From: Flavobacteriales bacterium
GTDB lineage: Bacteria; Bacteroidota; Bacteroidia; Flavobacteriales; TMED113
DNA length: 64,000 nt
NCBI GenBank assembly: GCA_002714185.1
Contig: PAWM01000020.1
Span: 11,666-75,665, forward strand
Direction: 5' to 3'
The translations under genes were made by a program, and so were the position numbers. Positions 20,904 through 29,858 of this stretch are shown one piece after another. Below the pieces are notes generated by a model that did not search any database, was not told the origin of the DNA, and saw only the letters and a list, made by a program, of their open reading frames with translations. Positions within the stretch are counted from its first letter, which is position 1, and every line of letters begins with the position of its first letter.

Positions 20904-20931
20904 TAATTTACATTTTATTTATTTTTATCAA

Positions 20932-21534
20932 ATGATTCCAATTAAAGAAACATTTTTATCTTTTCAAGGAGAAGGTTATTTTGCTGGTCAAGCTTCTTAT
21001 TTTATCAGAACTCAAGGTTGTGATATTGGATGTCATTGGTGCGATGAGCCAGCTTCATGGGAGTTTAAATCTGGTATTAATCAATCTTTGTCCAATATTC
21101 TTAAAGATATAAAAAAATCAAATGTTAAAAATGTTATTGTCACTGGTGGTGAACCACTAATACATGATTTATCGAATTTAACGAATGAAATAAGTAAAAA
21201 TAACTTTTCTTTACATTTAGAAACTTCGGGCAGTTATGCATTGACTGGAAATTGGAATTGGATTACTTTATCACCTAAAAAAATTAGACCACCTTTAAAA
21301 TCGATATATTCACATACTTCAGAATTAAAAGTAGTTATTTATAATAATAAGGATTTTGAATGGGCTCTAGAGCAAGAAAGAAATATATCTAAATTTAATA
21401 ATGATTGCTTATTATATCTACAGCCAGAGTGGAGTAGGAAAGAGATTATGCAACAGCAAATTCTTGATTTTATATCAAAAAACCCTAGATGGAAGCTGTC
21501 ATTGCAAATGCATAAATATTTAAATGTGAAATGA
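20932..21534 (+). CDS. queE: 7-carboxy-7-deazaguanine synthase (radical SAM)
   Basis: 200-aa ORF. FQGEGYFAGQASYFIRTQGCDIGCHWCD cluster motif. Confidence 0.75.
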   Translation: MIPIKETFLSFQGEGYFAGQASYFIRTQGCDIGCHWCDEPASWEFKSGINQSLSNILKDIKKSNVKNVIVTGGEPLIHDLSNLTNEISKNNFSLHLETSGSYALTGNWNWITLSPKKIRPPLKSIYSHTSELKVVIYNNKDFEWALEQERNISKFNNDCLLYLQPEWSRKEIMQQQILDFISKNPRWKLSLQMHKYLNVK

Positions 21535-22400
21535 AATTTATATCAGTATTATTGATTGTTTTTTTTACTCAAAATTGCTTTAGTCAAGATAAGTGTGGAA
21601 GTGCAAATAAAAAATTGAGAAAAATTGAAAAACATATAGCTAAAGGTGATAATAATAAAGCAGTTAATTTATTATTAAAAATTGAAGATAAATGTGATGA
21701 AGAATTGTTTTTAATCTCTGTAGCAGATATATATTATTCATTAAACAAAATAAAAAAATCCTATCTTTTTTACTTACAAAGTTTCCAAAAAGGAAGTATA
21801 TTATATATGAATAATATATCCGTTTCTAATTTTTTAAAATCATCTTATAGTACAGGTCATTACAATACTTTTAATGATATTATTAATGATTCTAATTTTA
21901 AGATGGTTTTAAATAAAGAATTAAAGAGGATTAAAGAAAAAAACTCTTTTGCTATAAATAATAAAAATGATTCAATTATTTTTAACCCTAATTCAATTGA
22001 TATTAATAGCTCTAATGATGAATACTTTCCTTCTATGCCAATTAATTCGGATATTCTAATATTTACATATAGAAATAATGATTCATTATTTCAAGATGAG
22101 AATTTTTATATTTCTAGAAAAATAAATGGCTCTTGGCAGTTTCCATTAAAATTAGGTGATAATATTAATAGTACTTATAGAGAAGGTTCACTTTCTGTTA
22201 GTCTTGACGGGAAGGATATTTACTTTGCTTCTTGTCATAGACCTGATAGTTACGGTGGGTGTGATCTTTATTATTCTACATTAATTAACGATACACTTTG
22301 GTCTCAATCTAATAATATTGGTTCTAGTATTAATACTAAATACTGGGAGACACAACCATCTATTTCTGCTGATGGAAATACACTTTTTTTTTGTAAGTAA
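21531..22400 (+). CDS. OmpA-family outer-membrane/peptidoglycan-associated protein, N-terminal fragment (TPR plus TolB-like repeats); frameshifted
   Basis: Signal peptide followed by TolB-like WD40 repeat motifs (EYFPSM, GKDIYFAS, WETQPSISADGNTLFF). It terminates 3 codons after a T9 run at 22384-22392. Confidence 0.7.
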   Translation: MKFISVLLIVFFTQNCFSQDKCGSANKKLRKIEKHIAKGDNNKAVNLLLKIEDKCDEELFLISVADIYYSLNKIKKSYLFYLQSFQKGSILYMNNISVSNFLKSSYSTGHYNTFNDIINDSNFKMVLNKELKRIKEKNSFAINNKNDSIIFNPNSIDINSSNDEYFPSMPINSDILIFTYRNNDSLFQDENFYISRKINGSWQFPLKLGDNINSTYREGSLSVSLDGKDIYFASCHRPDSYGGCDLYYSTLINDTLWSQSNNIGSSINTKYWETQPSISADGNTLFFCK

Positions 22401-23397
22401 TAGATATGGGGGCTATGGCGGATCAGATATTTGGATGTCGAAAAAAATAAACAGTATTTGGAGTGAACCAATTAATCTTGGACCTGAAGTCAATACATCT
22501 AGTGATGAGTCAACACCTTTTTTGCATTATGATAATAAAACTTTATATTTTGCTTCTAAAGGGCATAAGGGATTTGGAGGATATGATGTGTTTTCTGCTA
22601 ATATTGATAATCAAGGAAAAATATTAAATGTATCTAATTTAGGCTATCCTATTAATACTCATTATGATGAATCAGGACTCATTGTTGCAAGAGATGGTAA
22701 ACAAGCTTATTATAATTCCAATGTAACAGATGATTTAAACATTTATTCATTTAATTTACCTGAAAAAAATAAAGCTAATTCTATTGCTATTATTAATGGT
22801 ATTGTTATTGATTCTATTAGTCAATTAGGAATGGAGGCAGAGATTATAATTAATGAGTTGAATTCTATTATTGAATATAAAATATCCTCAGATGACGACG
22901 GAGTTTTTTCTTCACCTATTCCCCTTAATTCAGAATTTTCTATTACTGTCTTATGTGATGGATATGATTTTTTTTCATCTAATTATTATTTAAATAAAAA
23001 TGAGTATATAAAAGATGTAGTAATAGTTTTAAATCGATTAAATATTGGTAATAAAATTAATTTAGAGAATATATATTATGAGTTTAATGATTATTCCTTA
23101 AAGGAAGAGTCTTTAATTACAATTCAAAAGTTAGCAAATTATTTACTTGTAAACCCAAATATAAAAATACAAATAGAAGGTCACACTGATAATATTGGCT
23201 CTAAATCATACAATAATAGATTATCTGAAAAAAGAGCAAAATCTGTATATCTTGCCTTGATTCAGTGTGGTATTTCGCCATATCAATTAAGTTACAAAGG
23301 TTATGGTTTCTCAATTCCATTAATTGACGAGGACAATGATTTAGCAAGAATAAAAAATAGAAGAACAGAAATAAAAATTATTGGAGATTATGAATAA
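22393..23397 (+). CDS. OmpA-family protein, C-terminal fragment (TolB-like repeats, CarboxypepD_reg-like domain, OmpA domain)
   Basis: Continues the upstream repeat in another frame (VSNRYGGYGGSDIWMS...). OmpA motif: IQIEGHTDNIGSKSYNNRLSEKRAKSV...RRTEIKI. The track ORF starts at 22318, but its first 25 codons merely overlap the upstream fragment. Confidence 0.7.
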   Translation, partial: VSNRYGGYGGSDIWMSKKINSIWSEPINLGPEVNTSSDESTPFLHYDNKTLYFASKGHKGFGGYDVFSANIDNQGKILNVSNLGYPINTHYDESGLIVARDGKQAYYNSNVTDDLNIYSFNLPEKNKANSIAIINGIVIDSISQLGMEAEIIINELNSIIEYKISSDDDGVFSSPIPLNSEFSITVLCDGYDFFSSNYYLNKNEYIKDVVIVLNRLNIGNKINLENIYYEFNDYSLKEESLITIQKLANYLLVNPNIKIQIEGHTDNIGSKSYNNRLSEKRAKSVYLALIQCGISPYQLSYKGYGFSIPLIDEDNDLARIKNRRTEIKIIGDYE

Positions 23398-24241
23398 TCA
23401 AGTTAGAATTATAGAATGTCCTCGAGATGCAATGCAAGGTTTATCGGAATTTATTCCAACAAGAAAAAAAGCTGATTACATTAATTCTTTAATTAAGGTT
23501 GGATTTGATATGATAGATTTTGGAAGCTTTGTCTCACATAAAGCAGTTCCGCAGATGAGAGACACATCAGAGTTAGTTAATTTACTAAATCTTGAAAAGG
23601 AAACAACACTTTTATCTGTAATTTTAAATAAAAGAGGAGCTTTAGCAGCATCTAGTTTTGAACAAATTAAAATACTTGGTTATCCATTATCGATATCTGA
23701 AATTTTTCAAAAAAAAAATTCTAATAAAGATATTTCTAGTTCATTATCTGTTGTTGATGAAATACAAAATATATGTTTACAAAAAAATAAAACACTTCTT
23801 GTCTATCTTTCTATGGCATTTGGTAATCCTTATAATGAAAAATGGGATAAGAATATTTTATTTGATTACATATTAAAGATTCAAAATAAAAATATTCATT
23901 ATATTTCATTAGCAGATACAATTGGTAATTCAAATACTAATTTAATTAATAGTATTTATACTGATGTAAAACAGAATTTCCCAGATTTAGACATTGGACT
24001 TCATTTGCATTCTAGTCCTGAACAATCATATGAGAAACTTCACGCAGCTTGGTCTTCTGGTTGCAAGAGATTTGATGTTTCAATTAATGGTTATGGTGGC
24101 TGTCCATTTGCTCAAAATGAGCTTGTTGGTAATATCTCTACTCAAACAATGATAAACTTTTTAGTATTGAATAAAATTCAACATTCACTTGATTTATTAG
24201 CATTTGAGAATGCATGTAATTATGCGAAGGATATTTTTTAA
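23381..24241 (+). CDS. Hydroxymethylglutaryl-CoA lyase-like (HMGL family) enzyme
   Basis: 286-aa ORF. IIECPRDAMQG, SLADTIG and HLHSSPE resemble the HMGL TIM-barrel motifs. Confidence 0.7.
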   Translation: MEIMNNQVRIIECPRDAMQGLSEFIPTRKKADYINSLIKVGFDMIDFGSFVSHKAVPQMRDTSELVNLLNLEKETTLLSVILNKRGALAASSFEQIKILGYPLSISEIFQKKNSNKDISSSLSVVDEIQNICLQKNKTLLVYLSMAFGNPYNEKWDKNILFDYILKIQNKNIHYISLADTIGNSNTNLINSIYTDVKQNFPDLDIGLHLHSSPEQSYEKLHAAWSSGCKRFDVSINGYGGCPFAQNELVGNISTQTMINFLVLNKIQHSLDLLAFENACNYAKDIF

Positions 24242-24708
24242 TTTATATTATTAATAAGTGAAATTGCAGTTAAGGCTGAATCAGAACCTTTGTTGCCAAA
24301 ATTTCCACCTGACCTTTCTAATGCTTGTTGCTTATTTAAATCAGTTGAAACACAAAAAATAAAAGGAATATCATAAATAATATTTAAATCTTTGACACCA
24401 TTTGCTACTGCATTAGCAATGAAGTCAAAATGAGGTGTTTCACCTTTAATAATACTTCCAATTACAATAACAGCATTTAATTTTGATTTTTCTGTTATTT
24501 TTTTTGCACCATATATTAATTCAAAACTACCAGGCACATTAACTGTAATTATATTCTTTTTTACCGCTCCGTATTTTAACAAAGTTTCATAACATCCATC
24601 ATATAGTCTCTGTGTTATTTCTTCATTCCAGAGGGATTTCACAATACCAAATGATATTTGCTTACCATTACTTAATTTGAATTGATTCTGAATATTTGAT
24701 AATTTCAT
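24238..24708 (-). CDS. ribH: 6,7-dimethyl-8-ribityllumazine synthase
   Basis: 156-aa ORF. VPGSFELIYGAKK and GETPHFDFIANAV patterns. Confidence 0.9.
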   Translation of the reverse strand: MKLSNIQNQFKLSNGKQISFGIVKSLWNEEITQRLYDGCYETLLKYGAVKKNIITVNVPGSFELIYGAKKITEKSKLNAVIVIGSIIKGETPHFDFIANAVANGVKDLNIIYDIPFIFCVSTDLNKQQALERSGGNFGNKGSDSALTAISLINNIN

Positions 24709-24714
24709 TTTAGA

Positions 24715-25401
24715 TTATTGATTATTCAAATTATTCAGGTAATTAATGTATTTGTCTATATTTTTTGCAGTTTCTGATTTTGGATACTTATTTTTAATTA
24801 CTTCATAGCATATTCTTGCTTTGTCGAAATCTTGATTTTTCTCATGTATTTTTGCAGATTTAATCAGAATGATGGGAGTAGTTAATTGATTTTCATAGAT
24901 TGAGATTGCTGCTTCATAATATTCAATTGCTTCATTAGGTTGATTAATCTCAGAAAAAGCATCACCAATCGCAGTTTTTGCAATTGACATAAGTAGTTTA
25001 TCAGTTGATTTAAATTTGTCGAGTACCTCAATCGCATTTTTATATTCGCCAATATTTAAATAAGAAATACCTGCATAATATTTAGCAATAGCTCCTGATT
25101 TTGTACTACCAAATTCTTTAATTATATCTTTTAATCCAATAAATTTATCATTGCCATTTAATGCTATATTAAAAGAATCTTTTTCAAAGTATTGTTCTGC
25201 AATAAATAATTGTTTTTGTGCTTTTTTATTCAATGGTTTTTTATATAGATTCTCATATCCATAATATGCGATAAAGATGAAAATGATAACACCTATTATT
25301 GAAAATAATATTTTTCTATTATCTTCTATAAATTGTTCTGTTTTACTTAAGCCTTCTTCTATATTTGCAAATTGTTTTTCAGTTGAGTTCTTTTTTTTCA
25401 T
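24715..25401 (-). CDS. Membrane-anchored TPR protein (YfgM-like)
   Basis: One TM helix followed by TPR units (YYAGISYLNIGEYKNAIEVL; AIEYYEAAI). The track start at 25422 is a TTG; the ATG at 25401 (MKKKNSTEKQ) is more plausible. Confidence 0.6.
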   Translation of the reverse strand: MKKKNSTEKQFANIEEGLSKTEQFIEDNRKILFSIIGVIIFIFIAYYGYENLYKKPLNKKAQKQLFIAEQYFEKDSFNIALNGNDKFIGLKDIIKEFGSTKSGAIAKYYAGISYLNIGEYKNAIEVLDKFKSTDKLLMSIAKTAIGDAFSEINQPNEAIEYYEAAISIYENQLTTPIILIKSAKIHEKNQDFDKARICYEVIKNKYPKSETAKNIDKYINYLNNLNNQ

Positions 25402-25461
25402 AAAAAATTTATTTTGACGCAAAATTAAGTTATTTTATGTTATTATTTGAAATAAATAATT

Positions 25462-26574
25462 ATGATTTTAAAATCTGTATCAATAGTTAACTTTAAAAAT
25501 CATAAAAGTTTAAAGGTAAACTTTTCTGATCATGTAAATTGTTTTTTAGGAAATAATGGTGTAGGTAAAACAAATTTACTTGATTCAATATATTATTTAT
25601 CTTTTTGTAAAAGTTACTATAATTCTATTGAGTTTGATAATATTAATTATGGGCAAGATTTTTTTATGATTAAAGGAGATTTTATAGATAAAAATCAAGT
25701 TGATTTCATGATTAATGGATCTTTAGTAAATAATAAAAAATCATTTAAATTCAATAATAAAAAATATGATAAATTATCTAATCACATCGGAAAGGTTCCC
25801 TTAGTAATTACAACACCAATAGATGCAAATATCATTGTTGGTGGAGGTGAAGAAAGAAGAAGATTTGTAAATAAATTTTTATCTCAAATAGACAAGGATT
25901 ACTTACTGAATTTAATTTCATACAACAGAGTTCTTAAACAAAGAAATACATTATTAAAAGATTCTAATAATTTTAATCTTAATGAAGATTTAATGAATGC
26001 TTATGATGTTAAATTATCTAATTTTGCTAAAATTATTCATCAAAAAAGACAAGATTTTATTTCATTAATACTTAATAATGTTCAATCATATTATGATTTT
26101 ATTTCTCAAAAAAATGAATCTATAGATATTTTATATCATTCTGAACTTAACAATTATACTCTTTTTGATTTACTTAAAAAGAATAGAGAAAAAGATAGAT
26201 TTTTAAAACACACAAGTTCAGGTGTTCATCGTGATGATTTTGTATTTAAAATAAATGAATATAGTTTAAAAAAATCTGGTTCTCAGGGTCAGCAAAAAAC
26301 ATTTTTAATTGCATTAAAGTTTGGTTATTTTGATTTATTAAAATCAAATTTAAAAATTACTCCTTTACTGCTTTTAGATGATATTTTTGATAAGTTGGAT
26401 AATAATCGTGTTGAGCAAATAATTAGAATTATTAATAAAAATGAGTTTGGACAAATTTTTATAACTGATACAAGCTTTAATAGAATAGATTCTATAATGG
26501 ATAAAGTTAATAGTGTCTGTAAATACTTTATTTTTGATAAAACTGGTTTGTATGAAGAGAAATTTAAAAAGTAA
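25462..26574 (+). CDS. recF: DNA replication and repair protein RecF
   Basis: 370-aa ORF. Walker A GNNGVGKTNLLDSIYYLS, signature SGSQGQQKTF, Walker B LLLLDDIFDKLD. Confidence 0.9.
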   Translation: MILKSVSIVNFKNHKSLKVNFSDHVNCFLGNNGVGKTNLLDSIYYLSFCKSYYNSIEFDNINYGQDFFMIKGDFIDKNQVDFMINGSLVNNKKSFKFNNKKYDKLSNHIGKVPLVITTPIDANIIVGGGEERRRFVNKFLSQIDKDYLLNLISYNRVLKQRNTLLKDSNNFNLNEDLMNAYDVKLSNFAKIIHQKRQDFISLILNNVQSYYDFISQKNESIDILYHSELNNYTLFDLLKKNREKDRFLKHTSSGVHRDDFVFKINEYSLKKSGSQGQQKTFLIALKFGYFDLLKSNLKITPLLLLDDIFDKLDNNRVEQIIRIINKNEFGQIFITDTSFNRIDSIMDKVNSVCKYFIFDKTGLYEEKFKK

Positions 26575-26830
26575 AAAAGTAAAAGCTTTAATATCTGAAT
26601 ATATTAATTTCAGTAAAAATCAAAAGCCAACTAATTTTTTTTCATTATGGAAAAGAGTTTCTGGAGAGAAGATTGCTAATGAAACCGATTCTGTTCGATA
26701 TAATAATAACACTCTTTTTATAAAACTGAAAAATCCTAATATTAAATTAGTTGTAATAAAAGAAGAAAGGGATATCTTAAAAAAGATATCTCTATTAAAT
26801 TCAAATGTAACTAGGTTGATTTTTGACTAG
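26552..26830 (+). CDS. DUF721-like small protein downstream of recF
   Basis: Position immediately after recF and its size fit DUF721. ATG at 26552 (MKRNLKSKK) is preferred over the longer track ORF starting at 26513. Confidence 0.55.
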   Translation: MKRNLKSKKVKALISEYINFSKNQKPTNFFSLWKRVSGEKIANETDSVRYNNNTLFIKLKNPNIKLVVIKEERDILKKISLLNSNVTRLIFD

Positions 26831-27243
26831 TTTTTTTCATTAGAAAAGTGAAAATGACTCTCTATTTCAGCATTCTCGTCACTATCTGATCCGTGAATTG
26901 CATTAGCATCAATAGATTGAGCATACATATTTCTTATTGTACCTACTTCTGCTTCTTTTGGATTAGTGTTGCCAATTAATTTTCTGAAATCAGATACAGC
27001 ATTATCTTTTTCTAGCACGGCTGCTATTATAGGACCTGATGTCATATAATGAATTAAATCATTAAAAAAAGGTTTCCCTTTGTGGATTTTATAAAACTCT
27101 TGAGCGGATTCTTTAGACAGATACGTCATTTTCATTTCTATAATTTTAAATCCAGCTTTTTCAATTTCTGCTAATATTAACCCAGCATAGCCATTTTGCA
27201 TTGCATCAGGTTTAATCATGGTGAAAGTTTTATTATTTTTCAT
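26827..27243 (-). CDS. ndk: Nucleoside diphosphate kinase
   Basis: 138-aa ORF. TFTMIKPDA, and NAIHGSDS with the active-site His. Confidence 0.92.
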   Translation of the reverse strand: MKNNKTFTMIKPDAMQNGYAGLILAEIEKAGFKIIEMKMTYLSKESAQEFYKIHKGKPFFNDLIHYMTSGPIIAAVLEKDNAVSDFRKLIGNTNPKEAEVGTIRNMYAQSIDANAIHGSDSDENAEIESHFHFSNEKN

Positions 27244-27319
27244 TATTTATAAATTTTAATCGAATTTAATTAAAAAATGATTATGTATCAATACCGTAAT
27301 TTATATTATTTTTGTTTTA

Positions 27320-28321
27320 ATGAATAAAATAGATTATCCATTTGTTAAAAAACTATTATTAAATAAAAAAAATATAGTTATTACAACACATAAAACACCT
27401 GATGGCGATGCTTTAGGTTCATCATTGGCTTTATGGCATACTTTAAAGAAGAATCATAATGTTCATATTATCGTTCCTAATGAATACCCTGATAATCTAA
27501 AGTGGTTACCAGGCAATAATAATGTAATTATATATGAAAATAATAAGTCTTTTGCTGATAATATAATTACACAGTCTGATATTATATTTTGTTTAGATTT
27601 TAATAAACTTTATAGAGTAGATACTATGTTTGATGTGGTTGCTAATCATAAATGTTATAAAATTATGATTGATCATCATGAAGATCCAGATAATTTTTGT
27701 GATCAAGTTTTATCAAATCCTTTTATTTCTTCTACAGCTGAATTATTATATACTTTTCTTTTTTCTTTAGATTATAAACTAAATAAGAATTCTGCTACAT
27801 GTATATATACTGGAATAGTAACTGATACTGGTAGTATGAGGTATCCTAATGTAACAAGGCATACTCATTTAATTATCAGTGAATTATTTAATTTTAAAAT
27901 TAATCATAGTTCTATTCATCAAAATTTATTTGATACTCAAAATAAATCAAGATTGTCACTTTTAAAAGTATGTTTGGAAAATTTAAAATTATTTACAAAT
28001 CATAAAGCAGCTTTAACCTTCCTCAGAGAAAAGGATTTAATTGATAATTCTTATCAAAAAGGTGATACAGAGGGTTTTGTAAATATGCCCTTAAGTTTAA
28101 AGAATATTGAGTTTTCTACATTATTTATTGAATTTAAAGATGGTATTAAGATTTCTTTTCGATCTCAGGGTGAATTTAATGTAAATTTATTTTCTCAAAA
28201 ATATTTTAATGGAGGTGGTCATAAAAATGCTGCAGGAGGTTTTTTGAATACAAAAAATATTGAGGAATCAATTGAATATTTTTCTATTGTGCTTCAAAAG
28301 TTTATAAATGAAAAAGCATAA
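27320..28321 (+). CDS. nrnA: DHH/DHHA1 phosphoesterase (NrnA-type oligoribonuclease / pAp phosphatase)
   Basis: 333-aa ORF. HKTPDGDALGS, MIDHHEDP (DHH) and the GGGHKNAAGG (DHHA1) motifs. Confidence 0.75.
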   Translation: MNKIDYPFVKKLLLNKKNIVITTHKTPDGDALGSSLALWHTLKKNHNVHIIVPNEYPDNLKWLPGNNNVIIYENNKSFADNIITQSDIIFCLDFNKLYRVDTMFDVVANHKCYKIMIDHHEDPDNFCDQVLSNPFISSTAELLYTFLFSLDYKLNKNSATCIYTGIVTDTGSMRYPNVTRHTHLIISELFNFKINHSSIHQNLFDTQNKSRLSLLKVCLENLKLFTNHKAALTFLREKDLIDNSYQKGDTEGFVNMPLSLKNIEFSTLFIEFKDGIKISFRSQGEFNVNLFSQKYFNGGGHKNAAGGFLNTKNIEESIEYFSIVLQKFINEKA

Positions 28322-28853
28322 ATCATTTTTATTAGTTTGTTTTCTATTATTATCTTTATACTCCTGTAGAGATTCATATCAATCAAAAATTATTAGTAAT
28401 GTAAACGAAAGGGCACCTGAATTTCTTATTGATGCTAATAAAATGATGATTGAATATGAGGAAAAAATAATTGATTCCTTATTAAATATTTCAACGATTC
28501 CTTTTTCAAAAGATAATTCAGGAATTAGAATTTGTTTGAATAAGAATAATAAAAATGACAGTACTGCCTTCCCTGATGATGGTGATAATATAACTATATT
28601 ATATAATTGTGTAATTTTTGACGATGTAAATCTGATTTCTAATGATGTCTTAGTCGATACAATAAGGTTTAAAATTGGACATTCAAAACAAATGAAAGGA
28701 TTAAATTATGCAATTAAATTACTTAAAGTTGGTGATAAAGCAAAGATTATAATACCTTCGTATTTAGGATTTGGTATGTCAGGTTATGGTAAAACTGTTC
28801 CTCCTTATTCAACGTTATTATTAAATGTTAAATTATTAAATATAAAAAAATGA
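28308..28853 (+). CDS. FKBP-type peptidyl-prolyl isomerase lipoprotein
   Basis: 181-aa ORF. Lipobox LLSLYSC. C-terminal FKBP pattern: [34 protein letters not shown]. Confidence 0.65.
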   Translation: MKKHKSFLLVCFLLLSLYSCRDSYQSKIISNVNERAPEFLIDANKMMIEYEEKIIDSLLNISTIPFSKDNSGIRICLNKNNKNDSTAFPDDGDNITILYNCVIFDDVNLISNDVLVDTIRFKIGHSKQMKGLNYAIKLLKVGDKAKIIIPSYLGFGMSGYGKTVPPYSTLLLNVKLLNIKK

Positions 28854-29845
28854 AAAAAATTGGTCTTTTAGTTACTGTTCTATTAAGTTTTTTGTTCATA
28901 TCTTGTGCAGGAACTAAATTAAATGACGGTATGTATGCAAAAATAATTACAAATAAAGGTGATATTACAATATCCCTGGCTTATGATAAGACACCTCTTA
29001 CAGTTGCTAATTTTATATGTTTGGCTGAAGGCTTGACATCTGAAATTAATAAGCCTTTTTATGACGGTTTGAAATTTCATCGTGTTATTGCTGACTTTAT
29101 GATTCAAGGAGGTTGTCCCCTAGGTAATGGTACAGGTGATCCAGGTTATAAATTTGCAGATGAATTTCATCCTGAATTAAAACATGATGGACCTGGTGTG
29201 TTATCAATGGCAAATTCTGGTCCAAATACTAATGGTTCGCAATTTTTCATTACTCATAAAGCTACCCCTTGGTTAGATAATAAACACTCTGTTTTTGGAA
29301 AGATCTTAGACGAGTCTAGTCAATCTGTAGTTGATGCAATTTCACAAGATGATGAAATTATAAAAGTAGAAATTATTAGATCTGGAAAGGATGCTAAAAG
29401 ATTTGATGCACTAAATATATTTAATGACTCAATGGAAGAATTCAAAAAAGAAGAAGCAGAAAAAGAAAAATTGATGTTAGAAAAAATGAATTCTGTTTCT
29501 AAAGATGCTGAAACTACTGCTAGCGGATTAAAATATATTATGATTGAAGAAGGAAAAGGTAATTTTCCTAAAAGTGGTCAAAATGTATCAGTTCATTACT
29601 CTGGATATTTATTAGATGGTACAAAATTTGACTCATCTTATGATAGGGAAGAACCTATTACCTTTCCATTAGGTCAAGGTCGTGTAATACCAGGTTGGGA
29701 TGAAGGTATAGGACTTTTAAAAATTGGTGGAAAAGCAAAATTCATTATCCCACCTAATTTAGGTTACGGAAGTAGAGCTGTTGGACCTATTCCGGCTAAT
29801 TCTATATTAATATTTGATGTTGAACTTGTAAATATTACAGACTAA
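28850..29845 (+). CDS. Dual-family peptidyl-prolyl isomerase lipoprotein (cyclophilin domain fused to FKBP domain)
   Basis: 331-aa ORF. Lipobox FLFISC. Cyclophilin: [29 protein letters not shown]. Charged linker, then FKBP: [47 protein letters not shown]. Confidence 0.85.
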   Translation: MKKIGLLVTVLLSFLFISCAGTKLNDGMYAKIITNKGDITISLAYDKTPLTVANFICLAEGLTSEINKPFYDGLKFHRVIADFMIQGGCPLGNGTGDPGYKFADEFHPELKHDGPGVLSMANSGPNTNGSQFFITHKATPWLDNKHSVFGKILDESSQSVVDAISQDDEIIKVEIIRSGKDAKRFDALNIFNDSMEEFKKEEAEKEKLMLEKMNSVSKDAETTASGLKYIMIEEGKGNFPKSGQNVSVHYSGYLLDGTKFDSSYDREEPITFPLGQGRVIPGWDEGIGLLKIGGKAKFIIPPNLGYGSRAVGPIPANSILIFDVELVNITD

Positions 29846-29858
29846 TTTATATTTTTAT

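Noticed and set aside
22318-22392. N-terminal 25 codons of the second OmpA-fragment ORF (MVLVLILNTGRHNHLFLLMEIHFFF)
   Set aside because: This stretch is the out-of-frame reading of the end of the upstream fragment, whose own frame gives canonical TolB-like repeat sequence. It is not a real N-terminus.
23658-23876. 72-aa alternative-frame ORF within the HMG-CoA lyase-like gene
   Set aside because: Same strand but out of frame with a motif-supported gene. K/I/L/Y-rich sequence typical of AT-rich off-frame translation.
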